A stretch of 62,312 bases of DNA, filler included, from Choristocarpus tenellus KU-1152 (taxonomy: Eukaryota; Protista; Phaeophyceae): NCBI GenBank assembly GCA_964200185.2. It is 13 parts of 13 records of this genome, joined end to end, with 100 filler letters (N's around TTAATTAATTAA, not from the genome) between each part and the next. Parts side by side here need not be neighbours in the genome. Positions count along the whole stretch, not along the records: positions 37,079 to 39,658 come from CAXNAD020026581.1; positions 39,759 to 47,028 come from CAXNAD020006432.1; positions 47,129 to 53,323 come from CAXNAD020008710.1; 10 more parts are not named here. The stretch is one strand, 5' to 3'. The notes beneath the pieces are model-generated. The model made no database searches, was not told the origin of the DNA, and was given only the letters and a program-made list of their open reading frames with translations. A program made the position numbers and the translations under genes. This document shows positions 37,162 through 49,750 of this stretch, in pieces (the stretch's first letter is position 1; each line of letters opens with the position of its first letter).

Positions 37162-39607
37162 GAACGGCACGAACAAAGATAGTAACATGGGTCCGAAGCG
37201 AGACCTGGTGATGTCCTGGATAGACTACTGGGCTGATACATACGGGGAGTTCATGCCTCGCAAGTCAACAATTGTGATCTACACCGCGAACAAGAAGGTC
37301 GGTTTTCCACTTGGTTGTGGAGAGGTTGGCTGCACCCTGTTGTGCTAGAGTTAGGGACAAACCGTGTGACCTGGCAGTACGTAGAAAAGGTGGATCCAAG
37401 TAGTGTATCGAGTGGTGGATGTTCATTATTACCTAGACCGGTTTAATATTTTTATGGTTGCATCGTGATGTCAAGATTCGTACAAAGTGCTGTCCTTTTC
37501 GTTTGCTCTGCCGATATATCAATATTCATTATGATACTCGTTGTCGACTCTACGAAGGAAGACACAATAAATGCTATTTCAACGCCAGGCACACATACTC
37601 TGTGGCCCCGGACCCGGTATGAAATTGGTAGCAAAAGTGTGTACTTCATACTTACAAAACCCTAAGCGCGACGATGATGAATGACTGTGGTAGATTCGCC
37701 TCCTTTGTCGCCTCTGCAAACGGCAGAGAGACCCTAACCGAATGACGCTCATGGCAGATTTATTTCGATCATTGTATTTGCTCTTTCGTAACGCACGATG
37801 TAAGCTTGCTTGATCCTGTCAAATATATACTACTATTATACATATATATATACCACTATTGAACATATATATACAAATATATACTACTGTTATACAAATA
37901 TATGCTACTATTATACAAACACACACTACTATCATACAAATATATACTACCATAGATATATATACTGCAATTCAAAAGATATACTGCTATTCAAACATCC
38001 GTGTTCTCAGTAGATTTATTTGTCAGTCCGCATTCAATAGATGTTGCAGGGGTGTTCTTCGAGTGTTCCTTCGCAATAACTCCTCACTTGCCCACACAAC
38101 CAACATTTTAATTTAGGACCTATACATGGATTTTTGAAAGAGGCGATACAGGTGTATCCTGACGACGCTTCCAAGTGGGTAAGCAAGGAGTACTTCGTAC
38201 GATTGCTCAGAGAGGAAAGGCCCAACATCCGTGTGAGGGTAGGAGGCGAGTTTATGAAATGTGACATATGTGTCGCGTTAAAAGAAAAGCGGCACAGTGC
38301 GCCTGGTGTAAAACCCACCAACGACTCCACCGTCATCGAGTCCATCGATAAGGAGCTGTCAGACCATCGAGAGGTAGGTGTCCAGGGTTAATTTTGCATC
38401 AAGCGTACAGTGGCGAAAGGTCGTCGTCATTGCCCTCCTAACCTGAGTGAATCTGTGTCCTTTTGCGAATGAAGACTCCCATGTAGGTGTTTATGACAGC
38501 AACAGTAGCCTCACTCACCACAAAAATTGCTGTTATTAGCTGCCCAAACACCTTGTAAGACAGACCGCTTCCTCATAGTGTGCTGCGTGATATGGGAGGG
38601 ACAGGTCATGTAGCGATCTTCCGGCCCGATACGTATGTACTTCCTACCATCCCGATAACTTGGTTTTTGTTTTGAACGCAGCAATAAAAAACATATCCCA
38701 ATATTATCATCTGTTGATACCCAGACTACTTCTTTGCTACTAACCAACCTGGTACGTGTTAAATGACGGCATTTTTTTTTATAATCTGAGCAGGTTTATT
38801 TGAATAATTCACGTGATGTTGCTGTCCCCCATTCGCCAGATTATCAAAGCGGATTGACTGGTCATCGCCAACAGCACCAGCAACGCCATGCGGGCCAAAG
38901 CCGACGGCAAACCTCTCGATTTTGTGTTCATGTCCGCAGACGTCGCGAACCAGACAGGTCACGCCCTCCCAGCACTTTACCCACCTACCCACGGTGGTGA
39001 CAGGTAACCGCACGCACACACAGTCCATCCGACAAGAACTTTGCTGAATATTGCGGAACAGAACAGACAAAGTTGTTTTGTCCTACGGATGAGTGCAAAG
39101 TCCCAAGAAATAATCGCCAAAACAAATGCACATAATTCCACCACCTATTCAGTTCGTCGTGATGACCTTTCTTTACATGTTACTTTCGTTCGTGTCCCCC
39201 TTATTAGGGGCTACTCCGAGCGCCAGAAGGTCATGGCCGCACCCGTCGAAGGCCAGTTCGCGGAGTTGTTCTTCACTCCTATCAATCTAGGAGTAGGTAC
39301 GTACCGTAGAGTATCGTAAGAGCTAATCAGCGGGTAGTGGAGATCGCAGACATGTACATCAACTGTATGGGTGTGTGTCATCTACACTGCATAGACGAAT
39401 TACATCACCCCTCTTTTTAGCTCCAAATATACAATGCCTAAATGAGTGGAGTACTTTTTTATCAACAGTTGTTGAACATCATTGTTCCTGCAGGTTGCAA
39501 CCTTGTCTGCACAGCCACACACCTTGCCCTCACAAGGCTTATCGACAAGTACCGCAACAGCCTCGATAACTTGGGGAGTCACATCATCCAGCACGCGCAT
39601 TGGCAGG
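37162..39607 (+). mobile_element. Intron-containing DNA transposase-like gene (Sola/DUF7869-type), 3'-truncated by contig end; exons about 37162-37297, 38117-38373, 38794-39003, 39208-39296, 39494-39607
   Basis: WIDYWADTYGEFMP; SKEYFVRLLREERPNIRV..EFMKCDICVALK..H; FVFMSADVANQTGHALP (first catalytic Asp region); GCNLVCTATHLAL...HAHWQ; GT-AG bounded exons. Confidence 0.65.
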
Positions 39608-39923
39608 TAAGAAGGTTTCATCTTGACACGACCTACTCAACACATACTGGCTGAATACNNNNNNNNNNNNNNNNNNNNNNNNNNNNNNNNNNNNNNNNNN
39701 NNTTAATTAATTAANNNNNNNNNNNNNNNNNNNNNNNNNNNNNNNNNNNNNNNNNNNNTTTTTTTTTTTTTTTGAAAACTCAAAACGCTTAAAAGAAAAT
39801 TTTTTTTGTGTCTTTTAATCAATTGCAGCATCCCTCCCCCCCCCCCCCCCCCCCCCCGTGGTCATTTCAAATTATGCTGTCACCTGATTGGTCAACTCAC
39901 GAATGATACACATATTTTTTCAG

Positions 39924-42900
39924 GATGAAGAGGCAACTCGAGTTCGAGCTAGGCCTGCTCCCCCTCTGCAAACGCCTTTTGTGCCTCAGCCAAGTGAGAG
40001 GCCTCTGACAGAGACAATGGAGTTTTGTCTCTCTAGCGATGCCCGTCATGCCAGGGCAGAGGAAGAGTTCAAGGAGAGGGTAAGGAGGGAGGAGGAGGAG
40101 GCTAGAAGGGCTGCAGAGGTGGGTGATTGTGGGGTATGGTATGTATGGTATGTATGATATGTATAGTATGGTATGTATGGTATGGTAGGATATACTATGA
40201 TATAGTATGGTATGTATTGTATGGTATGTATGATATGTATAGTATGGTATGATATAGTATGGTATGTATGGTATGAGTGTGAAAGGTGGTGAAAGGTGAG
40301 GATGCTAAGTGATAAGAATAATAAGAAAGAGAAATAGTACTAGTTGTAGAGCCTCTGAATTGGTTTCGTAGGGACTTCCAGTTTGAAATTTTCTACTTAA
40401 AGTGCTCAGGTGGAATTGTTGATGGGTGACATTGTTTGTTATGGGGTGGTGAATCTCTTGGCTAGTTATGGGGTATTTTGGTTGGTGTGAGTTTCTGATT
40501 GGTTTTGGAGGTTGGTGGTTGGTTTTGTGTGTAGGGTATGTTTTGTTATTTTAATTTATAATTTTTTTGAAAGTTATTTTGGAGTATTTTGATTGGTGTG
40601 TTTTGATTGGTGTGTTTTAGAGGTGTTTGTAGTGTAACAGAATTTCTATTTTGTTAGATGGTGTTATTGAGTAGAAGAGGATTGTTTTTGGGTAGATGTT
40701 TATTTTTGTATTGCATATATATGCATATACATATACATTAGCAGTGAGATCTTGGAGTCATGGGGTTGCTTGTTGTGAAGAGGCATGTTGTGGTGCTCTA
40801 GAGCCGTGTAGAGTACTACGACAATATTGTATTTATTTGATAGTATGGGGGGAATAAAGGGATATATTTATGTATGTATTGACTGGTTAAGGAGTTGGGG
40901 AGTATATTTTAGAAGATTGTCATGAGAGTGACGGAAGACTAATTTATTTGTTTTGGTTTTGAGCTATGTTTGAATTGCTAAATAATAAGAGATATTGTTG
41001 TTTAAATGATGGAATTCATATTTTTTTCTTTCTCCTAGTAAAAAGTAAAAGTAAAAAGACAATTTGATGTAGTCTAGAGGTGGGGGGGGTGTATTGATGA
41101 ATCGATGAATGTCTCATTTGAACCAACAAAAGCTTTTTATTGGTTCATTTGTTGCTTTTTGGGTGTCAATCATATTCTCTTCTATCATACCGTCATAATA
41201 TGGGAGGACTTTGTCCTAGGTGGGATGGGGGGAAGAGTGGCTTGGTGACAAGGGCGGAGGATTGTTGATCGGAGTTCGTAAGGTTTGGTGGGCGTAGTCC
41301 TGTATGTGCTCGTGAATGTAGGTTGTATTTAAGGGTTTTGTTAAGACTTGGAAGGTCTGACTCTTTTATTGTGTGTCGTGCCATAGCGTTCTGTTACGTT
41401 TTTTTATTTGTGAAGATGAATGTACAAAACCAGGAGGAAGAAGAAGGATGGTAGTGGCGGAGTCATTTTTAAAAATCTGTGTATTTATATTTTTGTCAGA
41501 TTTTTTGTATCACTATGTGCTTGGCTCTCTGATGCGTGTGTTGATTATTTTTCTGTTTTTTCCCACATTTTTTTTTTTTTTTGAAGGTACATGCCTTGCC
41601 ACTGCCACCTGCAACATTTGAGTCTCTTGATCGTCCAGTACGTTCTGACAAGACCCTTACTCAACCGGTTAAGGTTAGTGACTACTACCATTTTGTTGAC
41701 TTATTTACCTTTAGTCTTGGTTTGGTATGGGACCCTCTCACTTCTGTCTTTGAGGATGGTGATTTCTTGATGGAATGGAATGACTTGAGGTTGAGTACAT
41801 GTATGGGATATTTGAGTTTTCTCATATAGTGTGACTATTGATTGGCTATCATCTGTGGGAGATTAATACTGACGGCCAATTAGCTAGATACCTGAGTCTA
41901 GGGTTAGTCTAGGGTAAGTCTAGGGTTAGTCTAGGGTTACAAGGTTTCTTTTCATTTCAGACCGGGCTAGAATTTTATGGTGTACGTGGGAGCATTTGAG
42001 TTTTTTTTTTTGTCAGTTGAGATGTTGATGCAGTCGTCATGTATTTGGAGCTCTTTATGGATGGTTGATGTTATATTTCCTATATGAAGTCCTACGTGTT
42101 GGTTATGATGTACATATATATATATATATATATATATGAGATGACTGTCATTTGGAGGTGATGAATAGTTGTAGCAGTTTTGTTCATTTCTATTGGTGGA
42201 ATGATCAGTTTTGTTCGTTTCTATTGGTGGAATGATTAGTTTTGTTTGTTTCTATTGGTGGAATGATCAGTTTTGTTCATTTCTATTGGTGGAATGATCA
42301 GTTTTGTTCATTTCTATTGGTGGAATGATCAGTTTTGTTCGTTTCTATTGGTGGAATGATCAGTTTTGTTCATTTCTATTGGTGGAATGATCAGTTTTGT
42401 TCATTTCTATTGGTGGAATGATCAGTTTTGTTCGTTTCTATTGGTGGAATGATCAGTTTTGTTCATTTCTATTGGTGGAATGAGAAAATGAATGAGAGAG
42501 GGAGTTGTGTATTTGTATCTTTAAGCTCGGTCAAGATCGGACTGGGCTTTAATAACCCCCTACCGGTAGCTTCTTGTATTGTGACATCTGGCGTCTATGT
42601 TGTTGTTGGTAGGTGGTTTTGCATTCAGCGGCCAGGGCCCAAGGACGTGCTCAGTGGGAAGAGGAGAACCAGGCACGGATTGAGAGGAATGAAGCTGAAA
42701 GGTCAGGTCTTCACAGTTGGTTCTGTATTGCTGTGTTGTGTAGTGTGTGGTCTGTGCAGGGGGATGGAGATGGAGATGGAGATGGTTGCATTAAACGTGT
42801 AAGGCGTTTGTGTTTTATTTTGTTTTTGTAGCAGGGTGGGGGATTTTTTTTTCTTTCTTTTGGTGGGTGGTGTTTGAATGTTGATGTTGTACTGGTGGCC

Positions 42901-45769
42901 TTCCGGTTGGGTCAATGCACGTTATTGTTATTATTATTGTTGTTCTTATTGTTATTGTTGTTCTTATTGTTATTGTTGTTCTTATTGTTATTGTTGTTCT
43001 TATTGTTATTGTTGTTCTTATTGTTATTGTTGTTCTTATTGTTATTGTTGTTCTTATTGTTATTGTTATTATTATTGTTTTTATTATTGTTATTGATATT
43101 ATTATTGTTGTTTTTATTATTGTTATTATTATTAGTGTTCTTGTTGTAATTCTTGTTATTATGATTAGTGTTATTGTTGTAATTATTGTTATTGTTAGTG
43201 TTATTGTTATAATTATTTTATTGTTGCTATTATATTATTGTTGTTTTCATTATTATTATTAGTGATATTGTTGTAATTATTGTTATTTTTATTATTAGTG
43301 TTATTGTTGTAATTATTGTTATTATTATTAGTGTTATTGTTGTAATTATTGTTAGTGTTATTGTTATTGTTGTTGTTATAGTTGTTCTTATTGTTCGTTA
43401 TTGTTCGTTATTGTTATTGTTTTTAGTTTTTAGTGTATAGTTTATGGTGTATGGTGTATGTGTGTGGAACTCTGTTTGCATGTGAAGATGAAAACATTTT
43501 GTTCCAAGATAGTAATATACTTGTCCTTTGTATGTAGAATGTTTCAAGTCCTAGATGGGTGAGGTTTTTGTATTTCTAGGCCTGGTGATTGGTTGAAGGT
43601 ACATGTGGGCAGTGCTGATTGGTTCAAATCTTGACATTGATTTGTAGTGATTCCTTGGGGGATGTGTTTAAGCTGAAAAGCCGTTGCAATCTTGTAGGCT
43701 TATATCTGTTTTTCACATGCTAGCTATATACTCTCTTGAACAATCCCAGAGTAACTGTACAGTGGAGTATTGAATGTGGCATTGTACTGTATGTATATAT
43801 TATTGTATTATTGTAATGTTGATGAAGAGCATACAGGGAGGTTGGCTGGTTGGAGAGGTGGTATGAGGTACCCCTCTGACCGGGAAAAAAGTATACCTTA
43901 AGAGGGCACTCCTTTTGTCTCTTTCATAGCCGTATCATTCCAAAGACGGAATCAGAACCCTGACCCTAATATACACTACTATTCTACTTTTTATTGATAA
44001 TATTAAGAATAGTTGATGGTAATGCGTTCAAAATGCATGGATTTTTTATCGGTGGGGTCTTTTTGGAAAGGTTCTTGTTCTTTGTAGTTGATGAAACTTG
44101 ACACTGTGCCTTTTGTGGTACTGGAAATGTATGTAAATTTATGTAGTGTAAATGTATGTTTTGTAAATGTATGTTATGTAAATGTATATAGTGTAAATGT
44201 ATGTTAAGTAAATATATGTTATGTAAATGTATGTTATGTAAATGTATGTTGTGCAGGAGGGATACGATGATCGCCAGGGAGGAGGAGGAGAGGATGGCTG
44301 TTGCAGAATTGCGCAGCCGTCCCCACACAGCTGGAGGCATGTCCTTCAAGGTCAGTGACATCTTTGTTCTGAGGATAGTTTAAACCACTTCAGTCCGCAT
44401 TAGCCATAGTACAATACTAAAAGTATTGGTAGTTGAAGTTCAAGTTTGGTTGTGTATTGTAATTTTTGTACATGTGTTAATTATTCCTCTGATGGTTGTT
44501 GCTATCACTGCAATAGTTGAAATGATTGTTACTTCAACAATTGCAATATTATTGTTAGGATAGTACTTTTTATTGCTTTTTGTGTAGGAACTACCATTGT
44601 TTTTCTTGTAATTTGATAATAACTAAGATATTTTCTGCAATTATTTTTGTAATGATTTCTGTTATTTTCGGTGAATCTTGCACAGGAAATCAGTGGCGTC
44701 TTGATTGTATATGTACATGATGTGATTACTACCCACGATGTATTTTTTCATTTCTGTATTTTGTGAAGTAGGTTCTTATTTTTTGATGGGAATGCAATTA
44801 CAACATAATTTTTTGTTGTAGTTTGTTGTTTTTGTTACATTGATACATATGTATAATATAGAGCGTGTTGGTTTGGAAGGCTTTTTTCACCGGAAGGATG
44901 AAAGGACTGTATGAAGAATGTTTGGAGAATTTTCTTGATTTTCTCGCTTGTGTTTTTTTTTAGGTAGAACTTTTAATTTTTTTGTGTTAGTAGCTATTGA
45001 TAGCTGAAAAAATCACAAAAGCTAAAGGTGGGTTTGGAAAACCTCATTATAAAGTGTATGATTCGTATTACATCTAAATTTTCCGTTTGTGCTTGGATTA
45101 AATTGAAATGACCCTTTGAGGTTGGGTCCTGGTTTGGTTCCTGCTTAGAACTAGCAAACCTCCATTGAAATAGTATGGACTAGTTCATCTTTGGACTGAA
45201 AGATGACAAGATCTTAGTCATAATAGTAGTTCCAGTGTATGTACTTTAGTTGAGTACTCTTTTGTGTCATACTAGTAGTTTGTGAGTACCCTTTTTGTGC
45301 CTTAACAAACTTCTTCTGGATAGATTATTTTTGTTAGGTTGTTCACTATTGTATTCTTGATTTTATAGGTGACATGCAATTATTGAATTGAAGTTGGGGC
45401 GACTGCATGCATGTCAAATGAGGGTATACCTCATCTATGAATTTATGGTGTGTGGTGTGCGTGATGGGTCATTGCATTTTTTTTTGTGATAATTTATATA
45501 TTTTATTGATTGCATTATTGTTGTCACTGACATGATGCCTTTTTATTGAACTTTTGTTATATTTTTGTGAAGCGGTTCTGACTTTTTTTCTTGTCCATAA
45601 TAATAATAATAATAATAATATATTTTTTTCTCAGGCGAAGCCCATTGAATGGACCAATGCTGCTCCATCCAATGCGATGCTGTCTTCAGCACCTCTGACC
45701 ACTCCTGTTACTCCGAAACTTCTTACCAAGACTAGAGCTGCCATTCGAAGGGAAGCACCTCTTGCCTGA
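39924..45769 (+). CDS. TPX2: TPX2-like microtubule-associated protein, 3' part (exons 39924-40118, 41587-41673, 42613-42701, 44257-44350, 45635-45769)
   Basis: RARPAP..FVPQPSERPLTETMEFCLSSDARH; SFK|AKPI..PLTTPVTPKLLTKTRA C-terminal TPX2-type motif; splice phases consistent. Confidence 0.78.
40135..40275. repeat. GTATG/ATATG microsatellite
   Basis: Direct inspection. Confidence 0.9.
42176..42482. repeat. 31-bp minisatellite, about 10 units
   Basis: TTTTGTTCATTTCTATTGGTGGAATGATCAG tandem units without spacers. Confidence 0.95.
42922..43420. repeat. TTG/TTA/TTC compound microsatellite
   Basis: Direct inspection. Confidence 0.95.
44128..44252. repeat. 15-bp tandem repeat (ATGTAAATGTATGTT) next to a splice acceptor
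   Basis: Direct inspection. Confidence 0.85.
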
Positions 45770-47419
45770 TTGGTTTGATTCTTGAGATCAGGGTGAGAGG
45801 GACTCATTGGAGTAAGTACTACTACAGCACATGATATATCGTTGGAACGGTTGACATGGAAGGATTATTGGTGGAACTATCTATCTCACTGTGTGAGAAT
45901 TGCAGATCATGCATAATGTGTTCGTGTAGTAGGAAGGAAAGATATCTATGTGTGTGCGGGTTGGGCTAGTGTAGTATATTAGGGCTAGTGTAGTATATTA
46001 TTGTTGATGCCTTTAAATGTTGTTTTTGTGAGGGCAGGGAGGAATGAAGGAAGGCGGTGGTGGACTGAAGAGCTGGACTGATGAGGGTGGGCAGGGCTTT
46101 GTTCTTTAGTTGATTTGCGCTCAGTGTGTTTACCTAAGGGTATGTTCAAAGCCCTTTGTGATATAAGAGGTGTTTGACCCAGGATATAAGTTGTTGAGGC
46201 TGTGGTTGGGATGGGGATGAGATGGTTTGGGTGGAATCACCTACAATTTCGAGGTGATTGAGAAGGTGTGCTTGACTGCAGCTTTTGTTAATGTGTATTG
46301 TTGCAGACTTTGGTATGAGCAGAGCAACCATGGTAGTGGTCTTGCTTGTTTTCTAGGTGGAAGGGTGTAGCATGCTTGGTATCCAGAATATAGTTTTGTA
46401 TTGCCTACTGAGGTGTACTGTCCAGGGTTAGGGTTAGTATTCTTGTTCTTGTTGAGGTTGGCTTCTCACCTGCTCAGGGTACACTGTTCCCAATTATTTG
46501 GTGGGCTAGTTCAAAGAGGATGAGTCTGACCTTTTCTATATTCTTGGGAAGGCGACTCGATGACATGAGAGTCGACGTCTTGTGGGGCAAATGTACTGTA
46601 TTTTCTAAGTATGTTGTGCTTGGGCGCAATGGTATACGCCAGGTATTATTGCACTCTTTGTGACGGGTGTTTGTTCATCATTGATTGGAGGCATTTTTAT
46701 TGATGAAGGTGCAATGAAGTTTCCGTGTATGTGGGTTACTGTGCGCCTGCGGTTCTTTCTGACTTTGCCTTTTCTATGCACGTTGAAGTTACATCTTCTA
46801 TATTATTTTGTGTGCTACCTTTTTCTGTTGGTTGTCTCGAAACAAACTTGTTTCCAATTTGTGGTTCTTTGTCTATTATTGTGTGAAAGAGTTTGTGAAG
46901 AAGTGCAGGTGTTTGTATTGTGTGGCAGGGATGAAACCAGTTGGTTCTATTCTGTTTTTTTTTTTTCTCTCTGGGACATTACGTGAATGCCTTTGAGCGA
47001 GCTACACAACCGACTCTATTTCAAAGAANNNNNNNNNNNNNNNNNNNNNNNNNNNNNNNNNNNNNNNNNNNNTTAATTAATTAANNNNNNNNNNNNNNNN
47101 NNNNNNNNNNNNNNNNNNNNNNNNNNNNAAGTGGACATCAAGAGAGAAAAAGTAGGGGAGGGGGAGAGAGAGGGGGGGGGGGAGGGGGGTGAGGAAGAGG
47201 GTATGCTCATGAGTCGACTGGACTATAAACCTTAAAATTGACTTCCACGTATTTCTGAAGTAAGGAGACAGTCCTATCGCTATCAACAACTAGCAAAATT
47301 CAGGCATTTGATTGCCTCTAGTCAATTTCAAACGTGAACATCACACACCCATTGACAAAAGTGACGGTCCTCACCACTGGTTCTTATCTACTGGACTATC
47401 CCTACCCAAACAGAACAGT

Positions 47420-49431
47420 ACCTGTTGCGCTGTGGAGAGTTGAAATAGATAATCACACACCCAAACCAACTCACACACTGTGATAACTCAGCAAGGGAGA
47501 CTGATCCTCCAGCCAACATTGCACATGATAAGTGTCGCCCATCTATGTGGCTACTGCCCTTCAACCTCAAGTGCAGATGGGGAGGAACTCACACACACAG
47601 GGCACAGGTGTAGGCACAGAAAAGAACAAAGAGTTTCTGGTTCCTAATGCCAACACAGTTGTTGACCCAGGGGCAGTGGTGGTCCATTTTCACAATGCAC
47701 CGAGAGCACACACTGCAGTGGTGAGCTCTCCGAGGCTTGAAGGCATTGCACCTGAGTAATTGGTTGAGTCAGTCACAGCAACGGGGGCAGATGAGCACAA
47801 GCACCAACACCAAGACAGGCTATGCATGCAATCAGTCGAAGTTTTCATTTCTACCCCCATGCCCCGATCAAAGCACAGAGTAGCAACCTCCACCCTCCGA
47901 GAAAAGAGAGACAGAAGAGAGGCCTGTCCCAACAAAGTAACACCGATCCACTTCCACCAAGAATATCGGGATCAACCAGCAAACAACTCCAAGAAAGTGA
48001 GGCACCACATTTCACTCGTGAAGAATAGCAAGATACACAATTCACAAGTCTGCCACTATTGGAAGGTATAGATTGCAATATCGGAACATGCTTCTCATCC
48101 AACTCTCTATGTCCATGTGTGTCTAACACGTGGTCCAATTCAAACAATTTACCCAACTCACTTGCGACACCATTTTTTTGGGAAAGGTGTTGCGTCATTG
48201 TTGTCAATCTTCTTGTGACTTGCAAGGTGAGTGGTCTCTTGGTCCTCCCCTCTTGCGGCACCTTCTGTCTCCTCCCCTTCAGTCAATACACCACGAGAGC
48301 ATTGCACCGGGATAGCATCCCGGGGCACAGCCCCCGGATTTGTGATCATAGCTTGCACGTGAGCAGTTACGGTAATGCCTGGAGAGAAGGGTATTGCCAT
48401 GACAGGTGGATCGCATCAGGATTCCGAAGGAACGAGTCGCACTTCCCAAGTACTCCAGGCGTAAATAAGTGCAGTTACCACCATAAATTTGTGTCTCGTG
48501 TAAACTAAAGAACCTGGAATATACAGAAAATAGACAATTTCCACAGCACGTGTACCCTTTAAGATATAACAATGTACAATTTCTACTTTCTACAAGTCTT
48601 CGCTGACAAAAAGGTGCACCTGGTTTCAAGTTAGCATCTGATAACTTGTCACTAACTTGAATGCCTACCCAGTGCATGCAATTTCTTTTCATAATGGTGA
48701 GCGCTCTTGTGTGGGTAATCATAGCCCTCATTACCCTCTTATCGAAACTGCAATCGGCGTCAGTTGATCATGATTTCTTTCCCGGGCAAACAGGACAGGC
48801 CAAGGGTCGTACCAAACACCCACAAACAAATCGCACACTCTGCCCAATAACGTCTAATTGTCATTACACCAAGCCCTTGTTCAACTTTACATCTCTCTGT
48901 AAATATGCATCCCCCCATAGCATAACCATTTTTCGAGAAAAAGGGGCAAAGGCAAACTGCTGATCTTTGCGGGACATTTAAGAAGATGCACCCCCAAATG
49001 GAGACACACCAATTACACTATGACATGAAAGCTCAAGCCCCTGATTGATTCCATATAACCTTGACATTACAACAGTCTTGATCTTTCGTACCTGCCACCG
49101 CTGTAAACGCCAAGGCATTTAAGGCCCCAAATGCTGTGAAGCACTCGCCCCAAGGCCATGGCTTGAGGAGGATGAACACAACAACACGCACTCCATAGCC
49201 AATCATGCCCCACGCAGCTAGCGCGCAAAGGGCCCCACAGCAATCCAAGTTGCACCAGAATCGAACCCTATCAAAGGTCAGATACAAATATCTCACAGTG
49301 ATTTCGATGATTCGAGGGAGGTAACACAAATCTGTCTCGATGTCAAGGGGTATTGAAGAGGGCAATCGAACATTGTCTTTGAACTTCAATGACGCAGTTA
49401 GGGTTTGAGAATGTAACGGATAGATACCCAT
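47420..49431 (-). CDS. DHHC palmitoyltransferase (ZDHHC3/7-like), 3'-truncated; exons 49092-49267 (possibly extending to ATG 49431), 48162-48378, 47593-47751
   Basis: Spliced WCRK|[44 protein letters not shown]; upstream WCNLDCCG and [13 protein letters not shown]; phases match. Confidence 0.93.
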
Positions 49432-49750
49432 GGTGTGTGCCGATCATCCTTGATGAGCCAAGTTCCTGTTGTTGAATGCTGAGTTGCGAATACTTCGTGC
49501 TTCTTGGCTAACAATCGAACCAAACACACATTTCTGGGTTGCCTTATCTCCTATCAATTATCAACAATCGATTTTCTGTTTTCTGTTACTTATTACTACT
49601 ATAACAGTACTAGTAGTCTCAGTTTCAAAAAAATCCCTAACCTTTTAGAATGAAGATCGTCAAAACATCAATTTTATAGTCTGAAGGTAAAGTCTGAAGG
49701 TAAGGGACAGTGAGGTGGGAGGGTTTGTATCATCAGGTGTGCAAGGTAGA

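Noticed and set aside
42176-42482. 31-bp repeats resembling a CRISPR array
   Set aside because: Head-to-tail units with no unique spacers, intronic, and no cas genes.
42874-43262. Poly-Leu, poly-Ile/Val and Cys/Tyr-rich ORFs
   Set aside because: Translations of an intronic microsatellite.
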